Below are positions 1-10,950 of a DNA stretch of 64,000 nucleotides, one piece after another (position 1 is the first letter of the stretch; each line of letters starts with the position of its first letter). Below the pieces are notes generated by a model. It saw only the letters and a program-made list of their open reading frames with translations, had not been told where the DNA came from and searched no databases. The position numbers and the translations under genes are program-made. This DNA is from an uncultured Clostridia bacterium (GTDB lineage: Bacteria > Bacillota > Clostridia > Christensenellales > CAG-138). The stretch spans positions 12,366 to 76,365 of the forward strand of contig CAMZFO010000002.1 of NCBI GenBank assembly GCA_947306125.1. Reading direction: 5' to 3'.

Positions 1-786
1 GTAAAAGAGGAGCATAAACAGCTTTCCCGCGGCGGTCATGGCTCTCGCCCTAATGGAATCCGGATCTCCGTTCCCCAGTATGGTCTTCAAGGTCGATTCC
101 ATACCGGGAACGGGAGAGTCGCATATTACAGCGTCCGCAGCGCCGTCCCTGCCCCGGCGCTCTTTTGAAGCGTAAAGAGCCGCCGTCTGCGCTCCCATGG
201 ACTGACCGTGCACTATCACCACGCTTATACCGGGCAGAGATCTTGCGTATTTGACAGCCGCTTTAACGTCTAACCTTTCGTTTATACCGAAAGTCACCCT
301 TTTGTCCTCGTTTGCGCCGCAGCCTCGCTGATCTATGGCAAATACGTCATATCCCCTTTTCAAGTATTCACAGGCAAGAGGCTCGATGCATATACGGTCC
401 CCTCCGGCTCCGTGCACGAGAACGGCGCATTTCGTGCTTCCGTTTTCAAAATACGATCCGGGAACGGTGTTGCCGTCCTCTGCTTTCAGTAATATCTCTT
501 TGCCCTTATACTCGGAAACGAATCTCCCATGATCGAAGCCCCAGCTTTTCAACTGCTCAAGGCTGTTTTTGCGGGTGTCCTTGCCCCTGTTTTGGTACAG
601 TATCCTGTCTGCGATCACGCCGCCCAATACAAGCGCGGCGGCTTCAGCAAGCAGAACGGCCGCGCCAAGTGCTGTCATCGCCGTCTCTACGGCAACGCTG
701 TAGGCAATACTTCCGAATACTATCAAAAGAATCGGTATCAGCACCGATATTATGAGTATTATCCACGCTTTGTTCCGTTTTTTCAT
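1..786 (-). CDS. alpha/beta-fold hydrolase, membrane-anchored (partial; 3' end runs off the window)
   Basis: Absent from the ORF track because it has no stop inside the window. My reverse-strand translation from the ATG at 786-784 gives MKKRNKAWIILIISVLIPILLIVFG (TM helix), then CAVLVHGAGGD and IVHGQSMGAQTAALYA (GxSxG nucleophile elbow). The + strand ORFs at 312-855 overlap it and look spurious. Confidence 0.7.
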   Translation of the reverse strand, partial: MKKRNKAWIILIISVLIPILLIVFGSIAYSVAVETAMTALGAAVLLAEAAALVLGGVIADRILYQNRGKDTRKNSLEQLKSWGFDHGRFVSEYKGKEILLKAEDGNTVPGSYFENGSTKCAVLVHGAGGDRICIEPLACEYLKRGYDVFAIDQRGCGANEDKRVTFGINERLDVKAAVKYARSLPGISVVIVHGQSMGAQTAALYASKERRGRDGAADAVICDSPVPGMESTLKTILGNGDPDSIRARAMTAAGKLFMLLFY

Positions 787-846
787 TCGATCACCTTTGT
801 TTTCATTTACGCAGTATCGGTAAGTCCAGCAGTCGGAGCGCAGCGC

Positions 847-885
847 CCGAAATAAAGAAAAAGCACCCGGAAGAAGGATGCTTTT
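847..885 (-). terminator. rho-independent terminator downstream of tRNA-Ala
   Basis: Hairpin gcaccc/ggatgc (863-868 with 876-881). The single mismatch becomes a G-U pair only in the minus-strand RNA. On the minus strand it is followed by UUUUUCUUUAUUU. Confidence 0.55.
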
Positions 886-888
886 CTT

Positions 889-965
889 TGGTGGAGCTTA
901 CCGGATTCGAACCGGTGATCTCTACACTGCCAGTGTAGCGCGATAGCCAACTTCGCTAAAGCCCC
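889..965 (-). tRNA. tRNA-Ala (anticodon GGC), CCA encoded
   Basis: Hand-folded cloverleaf: GGGGCTT-TA-GCGA-AGTTGGCTA-TCGC-G-CTACA-CTGGCAG-TGTAG-AGATC-ACCGG-TTCGAAT-CCGGT-AAGCTCC-ACCA. The G3:U70 Ala identity pair is present. Confidence 0.9.
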
Positions 966-988
966 GTTGCTTTTCAAACTGCTTTGCT

Positions 989-1017
989 ATTATACGACAA
1001 GCAAAGCCGTTTGTAAA
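989..1017 (-). promoter_or_regulatory. sigma-A type promoter for tRNA-Ala
   Basis: Minus strand reads TTTACA, 17 nt, TATAAT. The -10 ends about 23 nt upstream of the tRNA 5' end. Confidence 0.55.
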
Positions 1018-1035
1018 GCGTTATTTGAAAGTATA

Positions 1036-3462
1036 TTATTCTATGCCCACAACGACGTCATTCAGGAGCGCCATGACCATGAGCTGGCCCTTGCCGTTGC
1101 GGTTTTCGATCTTGACTTCCTCCGTATTTATAACGGTCTTAGTGCCGAGCGCCTGAGTCACCACTATATCCCTCGGCTCCGTAACGTGCGTTACGCCGAC
1201 TATCTCCGTTCCGTTCGAGCCGTTCTTCTTGAAGCCGAAGCAGATAGTGCCCTTGCCGTTCCTGCCCTGCAGATCGTGATCGAATACGAAGCTTCGTTTC
1301 ATATAGCCGCGGTCGGTGACGATGAGTATCTCGCCTTCCTCGTTGACTGTGTGCCCATATACGAGGCTGTCGCCCTCCTCTATCTTCATGCCGTGCACGC
1401 CGCCGGTCTGCCTGCCCGTCACGGGTACAGAGGCGATATCGAACCTTATGCCCATGCCGCGCTTTGTTACAAGCAGTATGCTCAGATCCGTCTCGTCCTT
1501 GACGTACTCGTAGCCTATGAGCGTATCGTCCTTGAGATTGACAGCCGCTACGCGCTTCGTTCTCGTTATGTATTCCTCGGCGGCGGTGGACTTGACCATG
1601 CCGTTCGCAGTGTAGAAGAAATACCTGCCGTCCTTTTCGTCCGCAATAAACGAGCCTATGACTTTCTCCCCGTTTTCAACGGGTATCAGCGAGGATAAAT
1701 TCGTGGGTTTGGCGGCGGGCTTTATCTCGGGTATATCGGATACGGGAAGCGAAAGCATGAAGCCCTTATCCGTGATCATGCGGAGCGTTGCGCTCGTCAT
1801 GGTCTTGTAAACGGAAACCGCGCCGTCCGCCTGCACTATATCATCCGTCAAGAGCTTGAGAGGTATCCTGCGAAGCTTGTTTTCGGGAAGCAGCAGCAGC
1901 GCCGTCGGCTCGTCCACGGCGGCATACTCCGTCTCCTCCTCTTCCGTACCGTCGTCCGAAATAAGCTGGGTCCTTCTGGGGTCAGCATATCTTTCGGAAA
2001 TCTCGGTCAGCTCGTCGATTATGAGCTTGTCGAGCTTCTTCTTGGAAGAGAGAAGCGCCTTGAGCCTGGATATCTCCTTCAGCAGGCTCTCATGCTCGCG
2101 CTCGATAGCAAGCTGTTCGAGATTAGTCAATCTCTGCAGCCTCAAATCGAGTATGGCGTCCGCCTGCACGGCGGTCAGATCGAATCTTTCCATCAACCCC
2201 TGCTTGGCTTCCTTGGGAGATTTCGAAGCCCTTATGAGCGCTATGACCTCGTCGATATTCAGGAGCGCTATGAGCAGGCCGTCGAGTATATGCGCCCTGC
2301 GCTCCGCGGCGTCGAGCTCGAACCTCGTGCGCTTTGTGACGACTTCCTCCTGATAGCGTATATAGTGGTCGATGAGCTCAAGAAGCGAGAGCTGTACGGG
2401 TTTGCCGCCCGCTATGGCGACCATGATAACGCCGAAAGTCCTCTGCAGGTCAGAATACTTGAAGAGCTGCTTCAATATCTTCTGCTCGTCCGCGTCCTTT
2501 TTAAGCTCTATGACGGCGCGGATGCCGTGCCTGTCGGATTCATCCCAGATATCAACCACGGAGGAAAACGCCGATTTCTTCTCCTGCACGAGCTTCGATA
2601 TCCCCTCGAGCACCCTAGCCTTGTTGACCTGGTAAGGGAATTCGGTAATGATTATCTGCTTCTTGCCGTTCTTGAGATGCTCAACATGTGTCTTGGCACG
2701 GTTAAGTATCTTGCCCCTGCCGGTCGCGTAAGCGTTCCTGATCTCGTCGGATTTGATTATATAGCCGCCCGTCGGAAAATCGGGACAGGGCATTATCTTC
2801 ATTATCTCGTCAAGGCTGATCTTGGGATTCTTTATCCTCGCAATGACGGCGTCGATGGCTTCCTTCGGATTATGGGTGGGTATCGAGGTCGTGAGGCCGA
2901 CGGCGATACCGTTTGCGCCGTTTATAAGAAGATTGGGGAATCTGCCGGGAAGCATATCCGGCTCCTTGAGCGTATCGGAGAAGTTCAGGCTGAATTTAAC
3001 GGTATCCTTTTCGATATCACGCACCATGTCCATTGCGGCGGGAGCCATGCGGACTTCCGTGTATCGCATAGCGGCGGCTGAATCGCCGTCTATCGAACCG
3101 AAATTGCCCTGCCCGTCCACAAGGGGAAGGCGCATATTAAAATCCTGGTTCAGACGGACCATAGCGTCGTAAACGGAGCTGTCGCCGTGGGGATGGAACT
3201 TACCAAGGCATTCGCCGACTACACGCGCAGATTTTTTATAAGGCTTATCCGGAGTATTGCCGAGCTCCAACATAGTGTAGATTATCCTGCGCTGAACGGG
3301 CTTCAAGCCGTCCTCGACCCTCGGAAGCGCTCTTTCGAGAATAACATGCTCGGCATAGGGCAGCATGGCGTTATGCATTACCTCATCCATGCTTACCACG
3401 TTGAAGGTCTCCGCCGACCTGTCAAAGCTGAGCTGATCGTTATCCTTTTTCTTCTTTGGCAT
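1036..3462 (-). CDS. parC: type IIA DNA topoisomerase subunit A (GyrA/ParC family, ParC-like)
   Basis: 808 aa with [35 protein letters not shown] and AAMRYTE (catalytic Tyr region). It has a beta-pinwheel C-terminal domain but I could not find a QRRGGKG GyrA-box, so I call it topo IV-like. No subunit B gene lies next to it. Confidence 0.7.
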   Translation of the reverse strand: MPKKKKDNDQLSFDRSAETFNVVSMDEVMHNAMLPYAEHVILERALPRVEDGLKPVQRRIIYTMLELGNTPDKPYKKSARVVGECLGKFHPHGDSSVYDAMVRLNQDFNMRLPLVDGQGNFGSIDGDSAAAMRYTEVRMAPAAMDMVRDIEKDTVKFSLNFSDTLKEPDMLPGRFPNLLINGANGIAVGLTTSIPTHNPKEAIDAVIARIKNPKISLDEIMKIMPCPDFPTGGYIIKSDEIRNAYATGRGKILNRAKTHVEHLKNGKKQIIITEFPYQVNKARVLEGISKLVQEKKSAFSSVVDIWDESDRHGIRAVIELKKDADEQKILKQLFKYSDLQRTFGVIMVAIAGGKPVQLSLLELIDHYIRYQEEVVTKRTRFELDAAERRAHILDGLLIALLNIDEVIALIRASKSPKEAKQGLMERFDLTAVQADAILDLRLQRLTNLEQLAIEREHESLLKEISRLKALLSSKKKLDKLIIDELTEISERYADPRRTQLISDDGTEEEETEYAAVDEPTALLLLPENKLRRIPLKLLTDDIVQADGAVSVYKTMTSATLRMITDKGFMLSLPVSDIPEIKPAAKPTNLSSLIPVENGEKVIGSFIADEKDGRYFFYTANGMVKSTAAEEYITRTKRVAAVNLKDDTLIGYEYVKDETDLSILLVTKRGMGIRFDIASVPVTGRQTGGVHGMKIEEGDSLVYGHTVNEEGEILIVTDRGYMKRSFVFDHDLQGRNGKGTICFGFKKNGSNGTEIVGVTHVTEPRDIVVTQALGTKTVINTEEVKIENRNGKGQLMVMALLNDVVVGIE

Positions 3463-3503
3463 TGCTGTTTCGATCCTTTCGCAAATGTTACGTTAGCTTA
3501 ATA

Positions 3504-4157
3504 TCATCCTCTTATGGCCTTTATGGCGGCGGCCCTGTCCTCCGCTCTGAACACGGCGTTGCCTGCAACGAGCACGTTTGCTCCCGCATCGCGGCAGAGC
3601 TTTGCCGTTTCAGGATTAACGCCGCCGTCGACCTCGACGTCAATATCGAGCCCGCGCTTTACTGCCATCTCCCTTATTGCCTCTATCTTTCTTAACGAGC
3701 TCTCAATGAACTTCTGCCCGCCGAAGCCGGGATTAACGCTCATTACAAGCACCATATCCACGTCGTCAAGGAGGTACTCGACGGAGTTGTGATGAGTCGC
3801 GGGATTGAGCGCGACGCCGGCCTTTATCCCGTAGGACTTGATAAGCTTAACAGTCCTCTGGCAATGGACGTCCGCTTCCCGGTGAACAGTTATTATGTCA
3901 GCGCCTGCCGCGGCAAAATCCGCGATCCATTTGGCGGGATCCGCGATCATGAGATGAGCGTCGAACACAAGCTCCGAGCACGGACGGAGCGCCTTGCACA
4001 TGGGAGCTCCGAAGGTTATGTTCGGTACGAAATTGCCGTCCATAACGTCGAGATGCACGTAATCGGCTCCGAGCGCTTTAAGCGCCGATACCTCCTCGCC
4101 GAGCCTTGTGAAATCCGCCGAAAGTATCGAAGGAGCTATCAATATCCTGTCAGTCAT
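3504..4157 (-). CDS. rpe: ribulose-phosphate 3-epimerase
   Basis: 217 aa with [10 protein letters not shown] and [16 protein letters not shown], which are typical Rpe motifs. It occupies the conserved position after rsgA. Confidence 0.92.
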   Translation of the reverse strand: MTDRILIAPSILSADFTRLGEEVSALKALGADYVHLDVMDGNFVPNITFGAPMCKALRPCSELVFDAHLMIADPAKWIADFAAAGADIITVHREADVHCQRTVKLIKSYGIKAGVALNPATHHNSVEYLLDDVDMVLVMSVNPGFGGQKFIESSLRKIEAIREMAVKRGLDIDVEVDGGVNPETAKLCRDAGANVLVAGNAVFRAEDRAAAIKAIRG

Positions 4158-5055
4158 ACTTATGCCTCCTCTGTTCTATTGCCTCGTTGACTATCTTTTT
4201 ATAGCGTTCGTATCTTGCTTTATCTATCCTGCCGTCTTCCATGGCTCTTTTTACCTCGCAGTCGGGCTCGGACAGGTGCAGGCATCCCAAAAATCTGCAC
4301 ATCCCGATGTATTCTGCAAACTCCCTGTAAAGCTTAGGTATCTCCTCGGGTTCTAAGGGGACGCTTTCGAGCATGCTGAAGCCCGGAGTATCGGCGATAA
4401 GTCCGCCGAAGGGCGCCGTAAGCAGCTCCGCGTGCCTCGTCGTATGCCTGCCCCTGTCGGTCTTTGCGGAGAGCTCGCCAGTCTTCAGATCGAGCCCGAG
4501 GAGCGCGTTCAGCAGAGACGACTTCCCCACCGCCGATTGGCCGGCAAGGCACACTGTGTTCCGGTTGAGAAGCGCTGAAAGCTTATCGAGTCCGAATCCG
4601 GTGCGGGCGGAAAGCATGACCACGTTATCCACCGCGCCTTTATACTGCTCGGCTATCGCGCGGCTTTCCGCGGTCTCGCCATCGTCGCACTTGTTTATTG
4701 CGAGCACGGGTGTGACGCCCTGCTTCGCGCAATAGAGCAGCAGCTTATCCGCAAGCTCGAGATCCGGCGCGGGCTCCGAAGCCGCGACTACAATTATGAG
4801 CATATCTATATTCGCAACAGCCGGCCTTATCAGCTCGCTGCGCCTTGGACGGATCTCGCGCAGATACCCCTCGCCCTTTTTATCGACGGTGAAGCTCACG
4901 TCGTCGCCGGGGAGCGGTGTCTCTCCGCGCTTCCTGAACAGGCCTCTCGCCTTGCAAACAAAGGTCTTTCCGTCCGGACAGAGCACTGTGTAAAAGCCGC
5001 CTACGCCCTTTATGATCCTGCCTTCCAGTTGCTGTTCCAATACTGCCTCCGTCAA
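4150..5055 (-). CDS. rsgA: ribosome small-subunit-dependent GTPase A
   Basis: 301 aa with an OB fold at the N-terminus, a circularly permuted GTPase (NKCD then [14 protein letters not shown]) and a C-terminal zinc knuckle ([14 protein letters not shown]). Confidence 0.9.
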   Translation of the reverse strand: MTEAVLEQQLEGRIIKGVGGFYTVLCPDGKTFVCKARGLFRKRGETPLPGDDVSFTVDKKGEGYLREIRPRRSELIRPAVANIDMLIIVVAASEPAPDLELADKLLLYCAKQGVTPVLAINKCDDGETAESRAIAEQYKGAVDNVVMLSARTGFGLDKLSALLNRNTVCLAGQSAVGKSSLLNALLGLDLKTGELSAKTDRGRHTTRHAELLTAPFGGLIADTPGFSMLESVPLEPEEIPKLYREFAEYIGMCRFLGCLHLSEPDCEVKRAMEDGRIDKARYERYKKIVNEAIEQRRHKYD

Positions 5056-6917
5056 CTGAAGCTCCTGTTGAAGCTGGCGTAAAAATTCCCGTTAACGTAT
5101 ACTATACAGGTGTAACTGCCCGACTCCCAGTAATATCCCGTAAAAGGAATGGAATAGGAGCCGCTTCCGTATTCGCCTTCATAGAGCACTACCTCGCCCA
5201 CGGGTGAAACGACGGTGACGACGACGTCGTTGTTTTCCTCGGTCAGAGTCACGTTTTCAGAAAACTCCGCCTTGTACCTGCGCGCATCGGCAACGTGTAT
5301 GTGCAGCTGGGCGGTGATGGAATCATACACCACCTCAGTGCCTTCTGCGGGCTCCTGCTTCATAACGTCGAACTCCTTTGAGGAGTTATCGATGCCCTCG
5401 TACGATTCCGCGTATATGCGGTAAGAAGTGATGCCCTGATCCGCAAGCATACCTATAGCGGTTTGGACGTCTTTCCCGATGAGATCGGGCATTTTAACCG
5501 TGAGCTGGGATTCGCTGCAGACCGTGATCCTGACCGAATCACCGGACATTACGGTCTCGCCCGGATTGACCGACTGAGCTATTATCGTACCTACCGGCTT
5601 GGTATCGGTCACGTAATCCACCTGCTTATCGAGCACGAGTCCCGCGGCGGCAAGCTCCTTCCTTGCCTCCTCTATCGTTTTCCCTAGGAGATCGGGAACG
5701 CTGACAGTCTCGTTGCCTGTGCTGATCGTAACGTGAATCACCGTGCTGTCCTTTACCTTGGTCTGCGGCGCGGGGTCCTGGGCGCATATCTCGCCGTAGC
5801 TGTAATCATCGGAAGGCTCCCTCCCCGCGACTTCTATGGTAAAGCCCCTGTTTTCGGCATATTTCCTTGCAGAAGCCTCGGTGTATCCAAAAAGACTCGG
5901 GATCTTGCTGTAGGCGGAGCTGCTTCCGGAGACGGATATAATGAACATGACGGCGAAAACGGCGATTATACCGAGCACGCAGGTGATTATGGCTATATGG
6001 GGAAGGTGCTCCTTGAAGAAGCCCGCATTTGCCTCCTCAGGCGCTGTGCCGGCGGCTGTCAGGTCGCTCCTGCGTATCTTTGCAAACCTCGAATTCGGAT
6101 AGCGAAGCGCTTTTCTCAGATCGTTCCTCATGGAGACGGCGTCGGAATACCTGATGCTCCTGTCCTTCGCCGTAGCTTTGGCGACGACGTCGCTCAAGGC
6201 TATCGAGATGCTTTCGTCCGCTTCCTTTGCGGGAGGTATCTCGTCGTTAATATGCTTCAGCGCGACCTGCACCGCGTTATCGCCGGAAAACGGCGCGCTG
6301 CCCGTAAGCATCTCATAAAGCATAACGCCCGTTGAATAGATATCCGCCTGCGCGTCTACGGTCTCTCCCTTTGCCTGCTCGGGAGATATGTAGTAGACCG
6401 AGCCCATTGCCTCCTTGCCGTCGTAAGTCTGGGTGATGTTACCCGAGAACTTGGCTATACCGAAATCGGCGAGCTTAATGCCGCCGTCGTCGGTGAGCAT
6501 TATGTTCTGCGGCTTTACGTCGCGGTGGATGAGGCCCATCCTGTGAGCGTGCGAAAGGCCGTTCAAAACGTCGCAGACTATTTCGACCGCTTCCCTCGGA
6601 CGGAGCTTTCCCTTCTCATCCATGTATTCGCGCAGAGTCCTGCCCTTGACGTATTCGAGCACGAGGTAATGGATATCCCCTTCGTTGCCCATACCGTAGA
6701 AAGAAACGATATGCTCGTTTTTCAGGGAGACCATGGCTTCCGCCTCACGGTCCAGGCGGTGGAGATACTGCGGATCGTTGCTGTACTCCTGCTTCAGCAC
6801 CTTTATGGCGACTTCCTTGTTATCCGCGAGATCGATACCGCAGTAGACCTCGGCCATGCCGCCGGAACCGATCCGCTCCTTTATTTCATATCTTCCGTTA
6901 AGAATACCCTCAAGCAT
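5052..6917 (-). CDS. prkC: Ser/Thr protein kinase with PASTA repeats (PrkC/Stk1 type)
   Basis: Hanks kinase motifs are present (GSGGMAEVY, HRDVKPQN, DFG, SPEQ), followed by a TM helix, three PASTA-like repeats and a C-terminal beta domain. I chose the start at MLEGILNGRYEI (ATG at 6917), which matches the usual PrkC N-terminus. The track ORF begins 6 codons earlier, at 6935. Confidence 0.9.
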   Translation of the reverse strand: MLEGILNGRYEIKERIGSGGMAEVYCGIDLADNKEVAIKVLKQEYSNDPQYLHRLDREAEAMVSLKNEHIVSFYGMGNEGDIHYLVLEYVKGRTLREYMDEKGKLRPREAVEIVCDVLNGLSHAHRMGLIHRDVKPQNIMLTDDGGIKLADFGIAKFSGNITQTYDGKEAMGSVYYISPEQAKGETVDAQADIYSTGVMLYEMLTGSAPFSGDNAVQVALKHINDEIPPAKEADESISIALSDVVAKATAKDRSIRYSDAVSMRNDLRKALRYPNSRFAKIRRSDLTAAGTAPEEANAGFFKEHLPHIAIITCVLGIIAVFAVMFIISVSGSSSAYSKIPSLFGYTEASARKYAENRGFTIEVAGREPSDDYSYGEICAQDPAPQTKVKDSTVIHVTISTGNETVSVPDLLGKTIEEARKELAAAGLVLDKQVDYVTDTKPVGTIIAQSVNPGETVMSGDSVRITVCSESQLTVKMPDLIGKDVQTAIGMLADQGITSYRIYAESYEGIDNSSKEFDVMKQEPAEGTEVVYDSITAQLHIHVADARRYKAEFSENVTLTEENNDVVVTVVSPVGEVVLYEGEYGSGSYSIPFTGYYWESGSYTCIVYVNGNFYASFNRSFS

Positions 6918-7644
6918 CAGGATCGACCTCCGCATTCCTTACCATCACGACTGTGATATTGTCGGTCGAGCCCATTTTAAGGGCAAGTTCGGTCAAAAGA
7001 TCGCAGCAATCGAGCAGATCCTCGGTGCTCCTTATGATCCTTTCCATATCTATATCGTCAACCACGCCGCAAAGGCCGTCGGAGCAGAGCATAAGCACGT
7101 CGCCCTTTTTCCATCTTTTGACCGCGACGTCCGCTTTTTCGAACCTCGAAGTGCCCACGGCCCTTGTCACGAGATTGCGCTGAGGATGATCCTTTGCCTG
7201 CTCCTCGGTGATGAGTCCCGAGGAAACGAGCTCCTGAACGTACGAATGGTCCTTCGTCACGCGCCTGAGCTTCGTGCCGTCGTAATGATACAGCCTGCTG
7301 TCGCCGACGTTGGCAACGGTATACCTGTCGGGCGCAAGCAGCGCCATGACTATGGTCGTGCCCATTCCCGCACAGCTGCCGTCAAGCAAAGCCGCTTCGA
7401 AAACGTCCCTGTTCGCGTCGTTCACCGCCTGCCTCAGAAGCGCGATACTGCTGCTTCCTGCGGGAGCTTTGGCCGTATACTCCACTATTCTTTCTATAGC
7501 GCGGCTTGAAGCGACCTCGCCGGCCCTGTGACCGCCCATACCGTCCGCGACGATAACGACGGGACGCTCGCCGTCGCCGGGAACGTAGAAGGAATCCTCA
7601 TTGTGTTTTCTTAAGCCCGTATCCGAGCGATAGGCATAGATCAT
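6910..7644 (-). CDS. prpC: PP2C-family Ser/Thr phosphatase (Stp/PrpC)
   Basis: 244 aa with RKHNEDSF, ADGMGGH and CSDGL motifs. It sits immediately upstream of prkC and overlaps it. Confidence 0.9.
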   Translation of the reverse strand: MIYAYRSDTGLRKHNEDSFYVPGDGERPVVIVADGMGGHRAGEVASSRAIERIVEYTAKAPAGSSSIALLRQAVNDANRDVFEAALLDGSCAGMGTTIVMALLAPDRYTVANVGDSRLYHYDGTKLRRVTKDHSYVQELVSSGLITEEQAKDHPQRNLVTRAVGTSRFEKADVAVKRWKKGDVLMLCSDGLCGVVDDIDMERIIRSTEDLLDCCDLLTELALKMGSTDNITVVMVRNAEVDPDA

Positions 7645-8702
7645 ACGCCCTCCTCCTCTTGGGAACGAATATGTTTGTTGCGAAGCTGACCGCAGGCGCC
7701 GTCGATGTCGGTGCCGAGCTCGCGGCGGACGGTAGCCGAAACGTGCAGTTTTTCAAGCAGAGCGGCAAATTCAGCCGCCTTTTTGCGGCTCACGCCGTTC
7801 AGCCTGCGCTCCTTCACGCTGTTCAGCGGAATGAGATTAACGTGGCAGTTTATGCCGCGGAGCAGCGCCGCAAGCTCACACGCGTGCTCCTCCGATGAAT
7901 TCACGCCCTCTATCAGCGCGTATTCGAATATCACGCGCCTTCCCGTCACGTCAGCATAGTGCTTTGCAGCGGGAATGAGCTCCGAAAGCGAGTAGGCGTT
8001 TGCCACAGGCATTGTGCGGCGCCTGAGCTCGTCGTTCGGCGCGTGGAGCGAAATGCAGAGCGTTATATGCGGCGCATCCTCTATGAAGCTGTAGATCTTC
8101 GGTACAAGGCCGCAGGTGGATACCGAAATATTCCTCGGGCTTATCCCAAGCCCGTCCGCGGCGGTCGCGCGCCTTAAAAAGCGAATGGTATTATCGTAAT
8201 TATCCAGCGGCTCGCCGCAGCCCATCATGACTATATTGGTAACGGTCCGCTTCTTGCCATCGGCGGTCGGTATAAGGCGCTCAACAGCCGTGACCTCCGA
8301 AAGCATCTCTCCCGCGGTCAAGTCCCTCACCTTGCCGTTAAGAGTGGAGGCGCAGAACGCACAGCCCATCCTGCAGCCGACCTGGCTCGAGATACAGAGC
8401 GTGCGGCCGTAAGAGTAGGTCATTAGCACGCCTTCGACTATATTTCCGTCGTCGAGCTCGTAGAGGAACTTCACTGTCTCGTCCTTTTGGGAGTGCTTCT
8501 GTTCAATTATTTCCGCTCCGCCGAACGGTATCTCCTCAAGCTTTTTTCTGAGCGACGCTGGGATATTCTTCATCCCTTCGGGGCGTACTCCGCGTGCAAG
8601 CCATGAAAGCACCTGCCCCGCGCGGAATTTGGGCTCTCCAAGCCCGGCCATGAGAGCGCTCAATTCATCCATATCCATTGAAGCCAGATCTGCAGGCATC
8701 AT
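7641..8702 (-). CDS. rlmN: 23S rRNA (adenine2503-C2)-methyltransferase, radical SAM
   Basis: 353 aa with the CRMGCAFC radical-SAM cluster and a GEPLDN motif. Its position in the fmt-rsmB-rlmN block is conserved. Confidence 0.9.
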   Translation of the reverse strand: MMPADLASMDMDELSALMAGLGEPKFRAGQVLSWLARGVRPEGMKNIPASLRKKLEEIPFGGAEIIEQKHSQKDETVKFLYELDDGNIVEGVLMTYSYGRTLCISSQVGCRMGCAFCASTLNGKVRDLTAGEMLSEVTAVERLIPTADGKKRTVTNIVMMGCGEPLDNYDNTIRFLRRATAADGLGISPRNISVSTCGLVPKIYSFIEDAPHITLCISLHAPNDELRRRTMPVANAYSLSELIPAAKHYADVTGRRVIFEYALIEGVNSSEEHACELAALLRGINCHVNLIPLNSVKERRLNGVSRKKAAEFAALLEKLHVSATVRRELGTDIDGACGQLRNKHIRSQEEEGV

Positions 8703-10006
8703 TCATCCCTCCCGAGCCTCGCAATAAAGAAGCCCTCGGCGTTGTCTGTGTTCGGAAATATGCGAAGCATTCCGCCCTCTCCGCGTTTCTTGAGCTTTTC
8801 GGGTATATACGGCTCGAGCGAGCGCAGTGAAAACCCGGTATGCTCATTCAGGAATCTTTCGATAACGCGCTCGTTTTCCGCTTCCGTAAGCGTGCAGGTG
8901 GAATAGACGAGAGCGCCGTCCCTTTTCAAATAAGTCGAGCAGGCGGAAAGTATCCCGTACTGCAGCTCTGAAAGCTCCGAGATGCTCTCCTGCGTCCTGC
9001 GATACCGCGCGTCGGGCTTGGAGCCGCCTCCGAGTCCCGAGCAGGGTACGTCGCATAGTATCGCGTCAAAGCTGCCCTCGAGCCCGTTATCGGGCACGGA
9101 AGCGTCCGCCGCTCTGCACTCTACTCCGGATATCCCGAGCCTTTCAAGGGTGCTTTCGATAAGCTTCACGCGGTGGGGATGGACGTCCCATGCGGTGAGC
9201 TTGCCCCGGCGCTCCATGATATCGAACAGGTAAGCCGTTTTGCCGCCCGGAGCGGCGCAGGCGTCAAGCACGTTCATACCGGGCTCGGGAGAAAGGCATC
9301 TGCACGCAAGCATTGCGCTTTCCGACTGAACCGTGAGCGCGCCGCTTCTAAACAGCTCGTCCTCCGTAATGCTCCCTCCGATGCGCTCCAAAATGAAAGC
9401 GTCTTCAACGAGCGCGCCCCGTTTAAATGAGATACCGGTCTCGTTAAAGTGCTTCTCGAGCGTTTCCGCGGGATTCGGATAAACTGCGCGAACGCAAGTC
9501 CCCTTCACCCTGCAAAGCAGGAGCTCCTCAGTAAACTTTTCACCGTAAGCCGAAGCATACTCGCTTATCAAAAAATCGGGATAGCCGCTGAGGATCTCCA
9601 TCCTGTTTACAAAATCATCCGGAAGTCCGGGCAGCCGGCCCGCATCGCGGTCCCTTATAACGGATCTTAAAACTCCGTTCACAAAGCCCTTCAGCTTCTG
9701 TTTGCCTATCCGGGCGGTCAGCTCCTGAGCGGTGCTGCATACGGCGTGATCGGGAGTATCCATGAAAAACAGCTCGGTAAGCGCAAGGCGCAGTATGCCT
9801 CTTATCGAGGTATGCACCCTGCCTTTAGCGTAACTGTCGATAATAAAATCGCAGTAATTCAGGTTCTCAAGCGCGGTATAGATCAAAGCGGTCGATCGTC
9901 CGACAGCATTCGTACGATCGGACGAGAGCCCTTCCTTCAGCGCGAGATTTGCAAAAGCGCCGTCCTTCGTTATCTTAAGGAATATTTCGAGCTCGTCCCT
10001 GTTCAT
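8699..10006 (-). CDS. rsmB: 16S rRNA (cytosine967-C5)-methyltransferase
   Basis: 435 aa with a NusB-like N-terminal domain and a SAM methyltransferase core (DACAAPGGKT, CDVPCSG, YSTCT). Confidence 0.88.
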   Translation of the reverse strand: MNRDELEIFLKITKDGAFANLALKEGLSSDRTNAVGRSTALIYTALENLNYCDFIIDSYAKGRVHTSIRGILRLALTELFFMDTPDHAVCSTAQELTARIGKQKLKGFVNGVLRSVIRDRDAGRLPGLPDDFVNRMEILSGYPDFLISEYASAYGEKFTEELLLCRVKGTCVRAVYPNPAETLEKHFNETGISFKRGALVEDAFILERIGGSITEDELFRSGALTVQSESAMLACRCLSPEPGMNVLDACAAPGGKTAYLFDIMERRGKLTAWDVHPHRVKLIESTLERLGISGVECRAADASVPDNGLEGSFDAILCDVPCSGLGGGSKPDARYRRTQESISELSELQYGILSACSTYLKRDGALVYSTCTLTEAENERVIERFLNEHTGFSLRSLEPYIPEKLKKRGEGGMLRIFPNTDNAEGFFIARLGRDE

Positions 10007-10944
10007 TTACCGAGCACCTTGTTCAGGAGCTTCTTGCTGTTCAAGGCCGTCTTTGCGTCCATTCGTTTCGACCCGGGGAACTGAAGCTCCTTTATCTCGA
10101 TAAGACCGTCGGCGCATTTGACGAAGAGGCCCCTCTTGCTGTCCGCAATAACGCATTCGCCGGGTTCCGCACCTGTTATATCCGCCTCATACGGGCAATG
10201 CTTGACAGTCCTGAACACCTTTACAGGCTGACCGTCAAGCTTTGTGAAAGCTACCGGAGAAGGATTCATGCCCCTTACAAGATCATGTACCCGACAGACG
10301 GGCTGATCGAAATCGATCTCCGCCATTTGCTTCTTTATCATTCCGCAGCGTGTGGCCTCTTCCTCGTTCTGTTTTGTTCTTGTAAGCGTGCCGTTTTCAA
10401 GCGATGCAATGGTGTTTTTCAGCAGCTCGGCGCCAAGATCCGCAAGCCTCGAATAAAGCTCGCCCGAAGTCTCGTCCTCGCCTATCTCGGTCGCGCAGAG
10501 CATGAGGATATCGCCCGTATCGAGCCCGATATCGGTCATCATGGTCGTGACTCCGGTGATCTTCTCGCCGTTTATGACCGACCACTGTATGGGCGCGGCT
10601 CCGCGGTATTTGGGAAGCAGGCTGCCGTGTACGTTGATGCAGCCGTATTTCGGGATATCAAGATCCTCCTTCGAGAGTATCTGCCCGAAGGCCGCCGTAA
10701 CCATAAGATCGGGTCCGAAAGCCTTGAGCGCCTCCACGCCCTCTTGGCTGCGGATACGCTCGAACTGAAATACGGGAAGCCCGAGCTCAAGCGCAAGCTG
10801 CTTGACGGGAGGCATGGCAAGCCCGTGACCGCGGTCGCGCGGCCTGTCCGGCTGAGTGAATACGGCAAGCTCATGCCCTTCTTCGCATAGCATACGCAGC
10901 GAAGGGAGCGCAAACTCAGGCGTGCCGAGGAAAGCTATCTTCAT
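10003..10944 (-). CDS. fmt: methionyl-tRNA formyltransferase
   Basis: 313 aa with MKIAFLGTPEFA and NVHGSLLPKYRGAAPIQW. It follows def. Confidence 0.93.
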   Translation of the reverse strand: MKIAFLGTPEFALPSLRMLCEEGHELAVFTQPDRPRDRGHGLAMPPVKQLALELGLPVFQFERIRSQEGVEALKAFGPDLMVTAAFGQILSKEDLDIPKYGCINVHGSLLPKYRGAAPIQWSVINGEKITGVTTMMTDIGLDTGDILMLCATEIGEDETSGELYSRLADLGAELLKNTIASLENGTLTRTKQNEEEATRCGMIKKQMAEIDFDQPVCRVHDLVRGMNPSPVAFTKLDGQPVKVFRTVKHCPYEADITGAEPGECVIADSKRGLFVKCADGLIEIKELQFPGSKRMDAKTALNSKKLLNKVLGK

Positions 10945-10950
10945 AAAGCA

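Noticed and set aside
312-855. Three overlapping + strand ORFs (147, 65 and 108 aa) at the left edge
   Set aside because: They lie antisense to a clearly better reverse-strand alpha/beta hydrolase frame with a TM helix and GxSxG motif. Their products are Arg/Cys/Ser-rich and low complexity, and no RBS is present.
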